Assembly (NCBI GenBank): GCA_021163445.1 | Contig: JAGGWR010000183.1 | Coordinates: 1 to 34,522, forward strand | Length of the DNA stretch: 34,522 nt | Reading direction: 5' to 3' | Source: Candidatus Tharpella aukensis | GTDB taxonomy: Bacteria > Desulfobacterota > Anaeroferrophillalia > Anaeroferrophillales > Tharpellaceae | In this document: one piece after another, positions 1 through 8,391 of the stretch | How positions within the stretch are numbered: the stretch's first letter is position 1 | How the letters are laid out: the number at the start of each line of letters is the position of its first letter | The notes under the pieces: generated by a model | Told to the model about the DNA's origin: nothing | The model's database searches: none | What the model saw: the letters and a program-made list of their open reading frames with translations, nothing else | Made by a program: the position numbers and the translations under genes

Positions 1-1
1 G

Positions 2-799
2 TTTAATGTTGTATACATGGGTACGGATGTAGCTAATTACAAGAAGGTGCCTTTATCAATTGCCTTGCAAAAACATAGCCTACCTCACAATTCTAAACCT
101 AGATTAGGATTAGCCCGTGGGCGGAATGGTCAAGTATGGGGTCTTGTAGACGTTGGCAGTGCTATAGCTTACACTGTTGCTAACCCATACTCAGCTAATA
201 GTTTTGTGGAAAAAGTAACCTACCTCAGTCCTTACGCACCAGTTCTGAGTGTTGATTCAAGTGACTGGTTATCTTCAAACCAAATTGCAAACATTTTATC
301 ATGTCACAACAGCAAAATTATTGAAGCTGATGAAAATTTTAAGTTGAAAAAAACAAAACAGAGTTACTCGCATTTTCCACGTAATACGCACGATGAAATC
401 AAAGAAATGTGCCAAGAAAAATGGGGAAACAACTATGAAATGGTTAATTATTGTATTAAAAACCAAAGGAATTCTAAAAAAGAGGTTTCTGGTTATTCTG
501 GAACAATACGAAATAATTGTGAAAGAAAATGGGGAAGTAATTATGAAATGGTTTTGTATTGCATAAAGAATCAACGTGCCGCAAAAAGATCAACTGATAA
601 TGAGCCAGAAGATGAAATAAGTCGATTTTGTAGAAAAAAATGGGGAAGTAACTATGAAATGGTTAATCATTGCACCAAAAACCAGAGAGCTGCCAAGGAA
701 AATATAGAGCGTAATTATAGCGGCTATGTACGGAAACAATGCGAAGAAAAATGGGGAAACAATTACGAGATGATTGAATATTGCATAAAAAATCAATGA
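2..799 (+). CDS. Hypothetical protein (probably 5'-truncated) with four C-terminal Cys-x13-Cys repeats
   Basis: The ORF 17..799 is also open upstream to base 2. The C-terminus has 4 copies of CxxKWG(N/S)NYEM(V/I)x(Y/H)C(I/T)KNQ. Confidence 0.75.
   Translation, partial: FNVVYMGTDVANYKKVPLSIALQKHSLPHNSKPRLGLARGRNGQVWGLVDVGSAIAYTVANPYSANSFVEKVTYLSPYAPVLSVDSSDWLSSNQIANILSCHNSKIIEADENFKLKKTKQSYSHFPRNTHDEIKEMCQEKWGNNYEMVNYCIKNQRNSKKEVSGYSGTIRNNCERKWGSNYEMVLYCIKNQRAAKRSTDNEPEDEISRFCRKKWGSNYEMVNHCTKNQRAAKENIERNYSGYVRKQCEEKWGNNYEMIEYCIKNQ
410..796 (+). repeat. Intragenic tandem repeat, 4 units of ~36-38 codons
   Basis: AAATGGGGAA(AC/GT)AA(C/T)TA(C/T)GA(A/G)ATG recurs four times, at ~419, ~527, ~638 and ~749. 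Confidence 0.9.
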
Positions 800-1050
800 A
801 ACTAATCGTTGGCTTTTGCTGCTCCCGGAGAAAATCAGATTTTTATCCAAGCAAAAGATGGCAAGAATGGTAAAGCGCTTCTAGTTAACCTTATTAACAA
901 AAAAAGATAAAAACATGAGAATAAATTTCAACTTAATATGAGTATTGTCTTTTATTTAAATTATGTATATTACCGTATGGTAACAGTAAATTTTCAGCTT
1001 TTCAATTTACTAGATGTCGAGGGATGAAGGCAGAGAGAGGAGGTTGGCGT

Positions 1051-1662
1051 ATGAAATTTAATTTTTTTCTTTTTATTATTGTTATAGCGATATTTTTAGT
1101 TTTGGTAACATCATCTATTTCCTTTGCAATAGTAAAATGCATAGGGCCGGATGGGGATGTTATATATGTAGATTCAGCTTGCCCCAAGGGTTATATGGAT
1201 GCAAAATCTTATTACGAGGGCAAGACTGCCGCTCTAGAAACAATTACGCCTCTTGTGCAGATGAATGATTTGCATGGAGATGATGACAATAAAAATGGTC
1301 AGGGCACTTTGTATCATGACAATGGTAAAATATTATACAAGGGACAACTCAGGGATGGAAAGATGCATGGTCAGGGCACTATGTATCATGAGAATGGTAA
1401 AATATTTTTTAAAGGACAGTTTGAAGATGGAAAGCCGCATGGTCAGTGTACTTGGTATCACGAGAATGGTAAAAAATTTTACAAAGGACAGTTTAAGGAT
1501 GGGAAGATGCATGGTCAAGGCACTATGTATGGTAAGAATGGCAAAGTAGCTTACAAAGGACAGTTCAAGGATGGAAAAATGCATGGTCAGGGCGCCATGT
1601 ATCTTAATAATGGTAAAAAATTTAATGAGGGACAGTACAGGTACGGTAAACACCTGCGTTAA
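1051..1662 (+). CDS. Exported MORN-repeat protein (YwqK-like) with an N-terminal DUF4124-like motif
   Basis: GGAGG RBS precedes ATG 1051. A hydrophobic signal peptide ends in SFA. It is followed by IVKCIGPDGDVIYVDSACP (DUF4124-like) and five GQGTxYxxNGKxxYKGQFxDGKMH units. Confidence 0.8.
   Translation: MKFNFFLFIIVIAIFLVLVTSSISFAIVKCIGPDGDVIYVDSACPKGYMDAKSYYEGKTAALETITPLVQMNDLHGDDDNKNGQGTLYHDNGKILYKGQLRDGKMHGQGTMYHENGKIFFKGQFEDGKPHGQCTWYHENGKKFYKGQFKDGKMHGQGTMYGKNGKVAYKGQFKDGKMHGQGAMYLNNGKKFNEGQYRYGKHLR
1297..1650 (+). repeat. 72-bp period MORN-coding tandem repeat (5 units)
   Basis: GGTCA(G/A) unit starts at 1297, 1369, 1441, 1513 and 1585. Confidence 0.9.
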
Positions 1663-1739
1663 TACGTTGAATAAGAGCAACTAGATTGTGCAGGTGTAAA
1701 AAAAACTATAGTAATGTTCAAGTTTTGACACACAGAAAT

Positions 1740-2348
1740 TTATATTTCATTCAAATAGATATCTCTGACTTCTTCCGGTTGAATGCATAAATAATCTAAA
1801 GTTTGTCTTTGATTTGAATGATTAAATGTTACCATAAGTTCAGGTAGGCCAACCCCGAAAGATACCCGCTGATGATAGCCAAAAGTCTTCCGTAAAGAGT
1901 GGCTTGCAAAATTCCCTTTCAGATTGATTTCAGCACACCAAGTTTTTACCAGCCTTGACAAAGAGGGTACGGTTAGAGGCCCACGCTGACCCGTAAACAG
2001 GTAATCATTTTGTTTATACCCTTTGGCCTGTTTTGACTCTAGCAGGCCGCCTACGGCCTTTACCACGGCCTTATTGAGCGTGATTCGTCTGCTCTTTCCT
2101 GTTTTGATCTCCTTTAGTACCAGCTCTTGACCAGCTTTCAATCCATCTACCTGCTCAATTTTGATGTTTAGAATATCACTGGCTCTCAGGTTTGTGTTGA
2201 TGCCAAGGGTAAAAAGACACAAATCTCTTGAATTATCAGAAAGAAGCTTTTTGATCTTCTTTATATCGCAAATCTGTTTGACAGGCTCTACAGAAATGAA
2301 ACTACCTTTTGTCGGATGATTCTTATTTTTACCTTTCGACATTGCCAT
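1740..2348 (-). CDS. Small tyrosine recombinase (phage integrase family, catalytic domain only)
   Basis: Catalytic motifs NTNLRASDIL (R), EIKTGK (K), HSLRKTF (H-x-x-R) and FNHSNQRQTLDYL (H, Y). At 202 aa it lacks arm/core-binding N-terminal domains. Confidence 0.92.
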   Translation of the reverse strand: MAMSKGKNKNHPTKGSFISVEPVKQICDIKKIKKLLSDNSRDLCLFTLGINTNLRASDILNIKIEQVDGLKAGQELVLKEIKTGKSRRITLNKAVVKAVGGLLESKQAKGYKQNDYLFTGQRGPLTVPSLSRLVKTWCAEINLKGNFASHSLRKTFGYHQRVSFGVGLPELMVTFNHSNQRQTLDYLCIQPEEVRDIYLNEI

Positions 2349-2366
2349 AGCAGACCCCTTATACTG

Positions 2367-2402
2367 GCTAAGTTTTAGTATTAAATGATTATATAACTTA
2401 GC
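2367..2402. other. 36-bp imperfect palindrome immediately upstream of the tyrosine recombinase (candidate binding, operator or recombination site)
   Basis: GCTAAGTTTTAGTATTA-AA-TGATTATATAACTTAGC; 13 of 17 arm positions are complementary and the outer 8 are perfect. Confidence 0.5.
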
Positions 2403-2463
2403 AAGATAAAAAGCAAGTAAAAAAGAGTGTTGCGCAATAACTTGAAATCATTGAACAAATATA

Positions 2464-2497
2464 AACTCGTTAACTATTGGGTAAACTTTAGCGAGTT
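2464..2497. other. 34-bp inverted repeat that can be read as 13-8-13 (lox-like geometry); candidate tyrosine recombinase site
   Basis: AACTCGTTAACTA-TTGGGTAA-ACTTTAGCGAGTT; 9 of the outer 10 positions are complementary. Confidence 0.4.
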
Positions 2498-2851
2498 AGC
2501 TTTATAAGATAAAATAAAGGCAAGGATAATACAATCAGATTAGATAAGAACAGGCGAGGTAGACACCAGACACGGCAGACGGGCAAGGCTTCTTCTGTTA
2601 CAGTTAGCTGACAGCCACCACAGAACTACAGAAGCCAGTAAGCGGGGCGTGTTTTACTCTGATACAGCACGGACTAAGCCCCCTGCCTTGATCTTCAATG
2701 TACCCGGCCTGTTTATGTGGGTAGGGTATCGACCACAATATATTCTTGAAAATCTGCTGAAAAAACTTTACATGATAGATGTTCTATGATAGCAGTACCC
2801 TTATGCTTTGTAATTGATAAGAATACCACTATACAAAGAGGTTGTAAGGTT

Positions 2852-4492
2852 ATGAGTGAGAAATTAAAGTTTGCTCCATTGGTCAGGGTTAGCACAGAAA
2901 AACAAGCTGAAAAAGGCTCTTCTTTGGAAAAACAAAAAGAAATGATCATTGAGTCTGTCAAACGAATGGGTGGAATCATTCCTGAACATTGTTGGGAATA
3001 TTCGGGGCAAGAGCACGCCACACCTGACAATGAACGGAATAAGCTAGATAAATTACTTAGAGATTCCAAAAAAGGTTCATTTGATGCCGTTATTGTATGT
3101 GACATTTCAAGGTGGTCTAGGGACAACCGAAAAAGCAAAGATGGCTTAGACATCCTGAGGAAAAACGATATCAAATTCTTTGTTACCAGCTTGGAGTATG
3201 ACCTGCTCAACCCTGAACACTGTTTCATATTGGGAATGTCAGCAGAAATTGGTGAATTACAGTCAAAAACACAATCTTTGAAATCAATAAACTCAAGAAT
3301 TCTTAGGGCTGATAAAGGGCGTCCTGCTACTGGAAAGCTTCCTTACGGAAGAACTTTTGACAAAGATAGTAATGAGTGGGGAGTGGATGAATTTAAGAAA
3401 AAAGAAATAGAGGGTGCAGCTAAAGATTATTTGTCTGGACAAAAAATGTCAGATATTGCTGTTAAGCTAAATATGAATCACAGTAATCTTCATAAAATTC
3501 TTACCAAAAGGTCTGGAAATATTTGGGTGCAGCGATTCAGATCAATACCATTAAAAATTGACCGAGAGGTTTCAACGGTAGTTCCTTCTTTGCTTCCACA
3601 GAATACCATTGAAAAAATACTTGAAAGAGCCAAAGGGAACAAAACATATTGCAGGGGAATGCGTAAAAACGATTACTTACTATCCGGGATGATATTTTGC
3701 AAACATTGTAAAACTAGTCTTTTTGGACAAACCAACCCGAGTGGAAAATCATATTATCGGCACAAAACAAAAAAAGGAAATGTCTGCCCTGTCTCTGGCT
3801 ATTTACCAGCTGAAAGCATTGAACAAGCAATAATGGTTACAGTCTTTGCTACTATTGGTGATCCTGTTGGGCTCGAAAAGGCTATTAATGCAGCGTTGCC
3901 CGATGTTAATGAATACAATGAACTGATTGAAAAGAAAAAATCAATCCAGAAAAAACTTATTGAGGCCAGTAAAGCTAAGTATAGAATTCTTGATATGGTT
4001 GAAAGTGGGGCTTTGACAACTGATGACGTAAAAGAGCGTATGGATAAGAACCGGGAAAGGACTAATCTACTAACGATGGACTTGGAAAATATCAATATTC
4101 AGCTAGACAACAGACCATCTACGCAAGAAATAGAAAATGCTACTTCAAAAATTCGTAAGTTGTTTATCAAAAAAAGAGGTGATTTGACGAAAAGAATACT
4201 TGAATCAACTCACGAAGGTTATCAGAGGCTTTGTGAGATGGGCTTTGAAGAAAAAAGAGAACTTTTGGAAACTATTTTTACGGGGGTAAATAATGATGGA
4301 AGCAGAAGAGGCGTCTACGTAAAGAAGAATCAAGATAAGTGGGAATATGAAGTTGTCGGTTCCTTTGAAATCAATGATGACGTAGGCACTTTGCCTCTTA
4401 AGCCTCAACGTGCAAGGGAAATGTTTGATATACTGGATGATTCTATCAATCCATTTACTGGTGAAGTATCAAATATGCATTGCGTTGATTAG
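2852..4492 (+). CDS. Large serine recombinase (resolvase + recombinase + zinc-ribbon/coiled-coil domains)
   Basis: VRVSTEKQ (catalytic Ser), [30 protein letters not shown] (Zn ribbon) and a following coiled coil. ATG 2852 is preceded by GAGG/AAGG. Confidence 0.95.
   Translation: MSEKLKFAPLVRVSTEKQAEKGSSLEKQKEMIIESVKRMGGIIPEHCWEYSGQEHATPDNERNKLDKLLRDSKKGSFDAVIVCDISRWSRDNRKSKDGLDILRKNDIKFFVTSLEYDLLNPEHCFILGMSAEIGELQSKTQSLKSINSRILRADKGRPATGKLPYGRTFDKDSNEWGVDEFKKKEIEGAAKDYLSGQKMSDIAVKLNMNHSNLHKILTKRSGNIWVQRFRSIPLKIDREVSTVVPSLLPQNTIEKILERAKGNKTYCRGMRKNDYLLSGMIFCKHCKTSLFGQTNPSGKSYYRHKTKKGNVCPVSGYLPAESIEQAIMVTVFATIGDPVGLEKAINAALPDVNEYNELIEKKKSIQKKLIEASKAKYRILDMVESGALTTDDVKERMDKNRERTNLLTMDLENINIQLDNRPSTQEIENATSKIRKLFIKKRGDLTKRILESTHEGYQRLCEMGFEEKRELLETIFTGVNNDGSRRGVYVKKNQDKWEYEVVGSFEINDDVGTLPLKPQRAREMFDILDDSINPFTGEVSNMHCVD
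4466..4492. other. Hybrid attachment site (attL or attR) of the large serine recombinase
   Basis: yjbQ similarity stops after the Ile codon at 4472-4474, next to the ATGCAT palindrome at 4475-4480. The exact crossover dinucleotide cannot be fixed from one junction. Confidence 0.65.
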
Positions 4493-4609
4493 GCATAAGC
4501 CCTCTTTAATGCCGCTTTTATTAAGACATTGATCGATTTCAGGTGTGATATTTATGAAATCCCGGCGCTTATTGGTTTCAAACCAAAGTTCTTGACGGAA
4601 ACTTTTCAT
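4469..4609 (-). pseudogene. yjbQ: 5' fragment (46 codons) of yjbQ / UPF0047 secondary thiamine-phosphate synthase family gene, interrupted by the element
   Basis: Not in the ORF track. AGGAG RBS, then [46 protein letters not shown]-stop. This matches the YjbQ N-terminus, which normally continues NAMHITASVFIND. Confidence 0.85.
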
Positions 4610-4763
4610 CGTATGTTCTCCTTTTTTGCGGTTCGTTGAGCCAAAGTTTTTAATCGCATTATTTCGTTTTTGGTGCTTTTTAGTTGTGGAGTTGCATATC
4701 TGTTAATACCGTATTTTGACAGGGATGGAAACTGAAAATATTTCGATTTGGCAGGCATAGCTT

Positions 4764-4781
4764 GATGAACTCGTAAAAAGT
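4764..4781 (+). repeat. Solo terminal inverted repeat of the 151-bp MITE-like family
   Basis: GATGAACTCGTAAAAAGT is the exact reverse complement of the element end at 6455-6472 and 12049-12066. Confidence 0.75.
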
Positions 4782-4864
4782 CATGGCTTGACTTGTCCTA
4801 AATGATGTTGTAGGTCATTATAATATAGTATGGCTGGTTGATATTTTTTGTGGAGGGAGACACG

Positions 4865-6319
4865 ATGTTGCGTAAATTGATTTGTATTTTAGGTGTGGTG
4901 CTTTTATTGGCAGTTCTGACAACGACCGGGGTTCCTGCTTTGGCGGCTCAATCTGCTGAAGTGGTGACGACGCTTAATGATCAGGTTGGTGTGGCGGTAA
5001 CTATTTATAATGAAAACTTGGCTCTGGTTAAGGATAAACGTCGTTTAAGTTTGGAAAAAGGTGAGGTTAAGTTGGCTTTTCGTGAAGTCAGTGCCCGGAT
5101 GCGGCCGGAGACTGCCCTTTTAACGGCTGCCGGTTTATCGGTCATTGAGCAGAATTTTGAGTTCGACCTTTTAACCCCTCAAGCTTTGTTGAAAAAATAT
5201 GTCGGTCGCCAGGTTGAGGTCATCACCCGGCATCCGACAACCGGGGTCGAGAGCCGTCGACCGGCAAAAGTTTTAAGTTCTAATAGCGGGGTTGTTCTCC
5301 AATTTGATGATCATATTGAGACCGGGGTTCCCGGGCGTCTCTCATTTTCCGAGCTTCCGGGAAACTTGCGTGATCGCCCGACTTTGACCATGCTTATGGG
5401 TAACAGCAAAGCCGGGGCTAAAGATATTGAGTTGAGTTATCTGACTGGTGGTTTACGTTGGCAGGCTGATTATGTGGCCGAGCTCAATGCGACCGACGAT
5501 GCCATCAATCTTAGTGGCTGGGTAACTCTGACTAATACCAGCGGCGCAAGTTATCAAAATGCCAAACTCCAATTGGTTGCCGGTGATGTTCATCAGGCCC
5601 CGCCGGAACAAGCATTTGATGGTGGGGTACGGCGAGAGATGATGATGAAGACGATGGCGGCTCCGGCTCAGAATATGGCCCAGGAAGAGATGTTTGAGTA
5701 TCATCTCTACACGCTGGCCCGACCAACGACGATTGCCGATAATCAGAGCAAGCAGGTCGCGCTTTTGCAAGCCGCCGCAGTACCTTGTAAAAAAGAGTTT
5801 TTGCTTAAAGGAAACTCTTATTATTATCGCCGGGTTTATGGTGAGATCGATAGAAAACTTAAAGTTGGTGTCTTTGTCGAGATTGAGAACCGCAAAAAAA
5901 ACCATCTTGGTCTGCCGCTGCCGAAAGGGGTAGTGCGGGTTTATAAAGAGGATTCGAAAGGAGCTTTGCAGTTTATTGGTGAAGATCGCATAGATCATAC
6001 CCCGGAAAACGAGACCATACGTCTTAAACTGGGTGATGCATTCGATTTGACGGCGGCAAAAAAACAGACTGATTTTAAAAAAATTGGTGGCGATGGCCGC
6101 TATAATTACATTTATGAAGCCTCATTTGAGGTGAAACTCAAAAATGCCAAATCGGAGGCGGTTGAGATCAAGCTGGTTGAACCAATTCCCGGTGACTGGG
6201 AGATTTTAACGGAATCTCACAGCCACCATAAAGATAACAGCAGTGCCGCTTCCTGGCGTATCCCGGTTCCGGCCAAAGGTGAGTCTACACTTGTCTATCG
6301 CGTCCGGGTTAAATATTGA
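4865..6319 (+). CDS. DUF4139 domain-containing exported protein
   Basis: Signal peptide followed by AVTIYNENLALVKD, EQNFEFDLL, SYLTGGLRWQADY, EYHLYTL and GEDRIDHTP, all typical of DUF4139. GGAGGGAG RBS precedes ATG 4865. Confidence 0.85.
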   Translation: MLRKLICILGVVLLLAVLTTTGVPALAAQSAEVVTTLNDQVGVAVTIYNENLALVKDKRRLSLEKGEVKLAFREVSARMRPETALLTAAGLSVIEQNFEFDLLTPQALLKKYVGRQVEVITRHPTTGVESRRPAKVLSSNSGVVLQFDDHIETGVPGRLSFSELPGNLRDRPTLTMLMGNSKAGAKDIELSYLTGGLRWQADYVAELNATDDAINLSGWVTLTNTSGASYQNAKLQLVAGDVHQAPPEQAFDGGVRREMMMKTMAAPAQNMAQEEMFEYHLYTLARPTTIADNQSKQVALLQAAAVPCKKEFLLKGNSYYYRRVYGEIDRKLKVGVFVEIENRKKNHLGLPLPKGVVRVYKEDSKGALQFIGEDRIDHTPENETIRLKLGDAFDLTAAKKQTDFKKIGGDGRYNYIYEASFEVKLKNAKSEAVEIKLVEPIPGDWEILTESHSHHKDNSSAASWRIPVPAKGESTLVYRVRVKY

Positions 6320-6321
6320 TT

Positions 6322-6472
6322 GATGGCGTCGTAAAAAGTTCCGATATCCTGCGTTGTTGTGTTTTTCCCGACACTCGACATACTACATGTATGGTCTCGC
6401 GCCGGGAAAATCACAACATCTTGTCTATCGAAATTTTTACTTAGCCATCCCGTTACTTTTTACGAGTTCATC
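6322..6472 (+). mobile_element. 151-bp MITE-like structured repeat, copy 1
   Basis: Imperfect terminal inverted repeats GATGGCGTCGTAAAAAGT / ACTTTTTACGAGTTCATC and an internal stem. Near-identical to 11916-12066. Confidence 0.85.
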
Positions 6473-6521
6473 AGTATTGATTAACTAGTGCCTGACCGAA
6501 AACTTTGTTGGTAAGTGCCTA

Positions 6522-7673
6522 ATGCAAATTTTGATTATTGAACCTTTTAATGGGGGTTCACATGCGGCTTGGGCTGAGGGGTATCGTCAACACAGCTCTC
6601 ATGTGGTCGAGATTCTTGGCTTGCCGGGGAAAAACTGGAAGTGGCGTATGCAGGGGGCGGCGGTTACGTTGGCTCGGCGTTATCGGGAGTTGCTTGAGAG
6701 CGGTAAGCGGTATGATCTGATTTTGGCCTCGGATATGTTTGATTTGGCGGCTTTTTTGGGTTTAATTCGTAAGTTCTCCGGTTCCGGTTCTGATTCAGGT
6801 TTTGGGCCGCCTGTTGCTCTCTATTTTCACGAAAATCAACTAACTTATCCGCAGTCGCCCAATGAACAGGCTCAGCCTGCCGGACGTGATCGTCGCTACG
6901 GATTGATCAATTTTACCAGCGCGCTCGCCGCCGATGTCTGTTTATTTAATTCGGCCTTCCATCGTCGCAGTTTTATCGAAGCTCTACCTGACTTTCTGGG
7001 CCGTTTTCCAGATTATCAGGAACTTGATACGGTTGCCGAGATTGCAAAAAAATCAGAAGTTCTTCATCTCGGCCTCGATCTTGAGCGTTTGGCGGCGTTT
7101 AAGCCTGCGGATGACAGTCTCGAAAAGACGATGCGCCCGCCCCTCATTTTATGGAATCATCGATGGGAGTATGATAAAAATCCAGCCGACTTTTTTGCAA
7201 TATTGCGGGAGTTGGTGGTTTCAGGGTTTGATTTTGAAGTGGCTATCTTAGGCGAGCATTATCATCCTCAGCCTAAGCTTTTTCTTGAAAATCGTGATTT
7301 TCTTGGGCCACGCCTGCTTCAATTTGGTTATGCTGAAAGTTTTGCCGATTATGCTTCCTGGCTCTGGCGGGCCGATATTCTGCCGGTTACTTCATATCAC
7401 GATTTTTTCGGAGCCAGTGTTGTTGAGGCGGTTTACTGCAACTGTTATCCGCTTTTACCCCGCCGTCTGGCCTATCCTGAACATTTTTCCGGAAGCGAAA
7501 ATGATAGATTTTTTTATTTAGATCATAGTGATTTGTATGAAAAAATTAAATCTTTACTTGAACGGATAGAAGAGACCCGCTTAATTTGTCCCGGCTCCCT
7601 GATAGCCGATTACGATTGGTCCGTGATGGCTTCCCTGTATGATGATAAAATGATTTCTATAGCGGAGGCATGA
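6522..7673 (+). CDS. GT-B glycosyltransferase with N-terminal DUF3524 (GTDC1/QTMAN-like)
   Basis: EPFNGGSH, WKWRM, YFHENQLTYP, WNHRWEYDKNP, DFFGASVVEA and RLAYPE motifs are characteristic of the DUF3524/GTDC1 family. Confidence 0.85.
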   Translation: MQILIIEPFNGGSHAAWAEGYRQHSSHVVEILGLPGKNWKWRMQGAAVTLARRYRELLESGKRYDLILASDMFDLAAFLGLIRKFSGSGSDSGFGPPVALYFHENQLTYPQSPNEQAQPAGRDRRYGLINFTSALAADVCLFNSAFHRRSFIEALPDFLGRFPDYQELDTVAEIAKKSEVLHLGLDLERLAAFKPADDSLEKTMRPPLILWNHRWEYDKNPADFFAILRELVVSGFDFEVAILGEHYHPQPKLFLENRDFLGPRLLQFGYAESFADYASWLWRADILPVTSYHDFFGASVVEAVYCNCYPLLPRRLAYPEHFSGSENDRFFYLDHSDLYEKIKSLLERIEETRLICPGSLIADYDWSVMASLYDDKMISIAEA

Positions 7674-7689
7674 AGTTCTCAATTGATTC

Positions 7690-7716
7690 TCAAGTTTTTC
7701 CCTTTTATGACGATGA
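7690..7716 (+). promoter_or_regulatory. Putative sigma28 (FliA) promoter
   Basis: TCAAGTTT-N11-GACGATGA compared with the consensus TAAAGTTT-N11-GCCGATAA. It lies upstream of the small ORF and the FlhB-like gene. Confidence 0.55.
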
Positions 7717-7762
7717 GTAATATAAGCTCGTAAGAAAAATTCATGAAAGGAGGGCTTGAAAA

Positions 7763-7939
7763 ATGAGAGAAGAAAATTGTATTATGGAATTAAGAGTTCT
7801 GATCGACCGGTATGGTGAAAAAATTATCCTTAAACAACTGGCTGAGCTGGTTGGGCAGCAGAAGATTGAAAAAGCCAAGGTCGATTTTTTTCTCAAGCAG
7901 GCTCTTATTAATTTTGAAGCACCCAGACTGATAATGTAA
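7763..7939 (+). CDS. Small hypothetical protein (58 aa)
   Basis: Not in the ORF track. AGGAGG RBS, then MREENCIMELRVLIDRYGEKIILKQLAELVGQQKIEKAKVDFFLKQALINFEAPRLIM. Ends 19 bp before the next gene. Confidence 0.6.
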   Translation: MREENCIMELRVLIDRYGEKIILKQLAELVGQQKIEKAKVDFFLKQALINFEAPRLIM

Positions 7940-7958
7940 AAAATGAGCGTGTTGGAAA

Positions 7959-8258
7959 ATGCCGTTTGAAAACCAAAATCCGAATCAATCAAGGCGTTTG
8001 CAGGCGGCGGCCCTGCAGTATGATCAGGAACGTCATGAGGCCCCGGTAATTGTTGCTAAAGGCTCCAGCGCTGTTGCCGAAAAAATTGTCGCCCTGGCTA
8101 AAAAACATGATATTCCGTTGCAGCGCGACCCTGAGCTCTTGCAGATTCTGATGAAACTTGAGATTAACCAGGAAATTCCGGAAAATGTCTTTCACGCGGT
8201 GGCCGAAGTTCTGGCTATGGTTTATAAGGCTAATCGGAACCACCGTGAAAATAGTTGA
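7959..8258 (+). CDS. Stand-alone FlhB C-terminal-like protein (EscU/YscU/HrcU family)
   Basis: AAALQYD..APVIVAKG..AEKIVALAKKHDIPL..DPEL..L..LEINQEIPE..AVAEVLA, with no membrane domain. Confidence 0.9.
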   Translation: MPFENQNPNQSRRLQAAALQYDQERHEAPVIVAKGSSAVAEKIVALAKKHDIPLQRDPELLQILMKLEINQEIPENVFHAVAEVLAMVYKANRNHRENS

Positions 8259-8296
8259 GTAAATCAATTTTAAAAGAGTTGCGCGAAAAAAACTTC

Positions 8297-8323
8297 TAAA
8301 GTTTTTTCTAAATTTGTCGAGCT
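8297..8323 (+). promoter_or_regulatory. Putative sigma28 (FliA) promoter
   Basis: TAAAGTTT-N11-GTCGAGCT; perfect -35 element and correct spacing upstream of the TPR gene. Confidence 0.5.
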
Positions 8324-8391
8324 ACAGAAAGAGTATCGTTGGGATTACCTTTTACAAGAGTTCTTAATCGTAGGTTTTTAATCAGGCTGTC

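Larger units (their letters stand above)
1..4475. mobile_element. Right end of an integrative element (genomic island or prophage/satellite-like) inserted into yjbQ; the left end is outside the window
   Basis: Contains a large serine recombinase and a tyrosine recombinase. It is visibly more AT-rich than the downstream host genes. It ends where a yjbQ 5' fragment is cut off (~4472). Confidence 0.8.

Noticed and set aside
410-1650. Regularly spaced DNA repeats that could suggest a CRISPR array
   Set aside because: They are in-frame, codon-degenerate protein repeats, with no unique spacers and no cas genes.
800-1740. Integron-like cassette array next to the tyrosine recombinase
   Set aside because: No attC-like sites were found after the cargo genes, and the recombinase lacks the IntI size and insertion.
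2713-4408. Antisense ORFs within the serine recombinase (possible directionality factor)
   Set aside because: They are shadow frames of a well-supported gene, with no RBS or recognisable RDF features.
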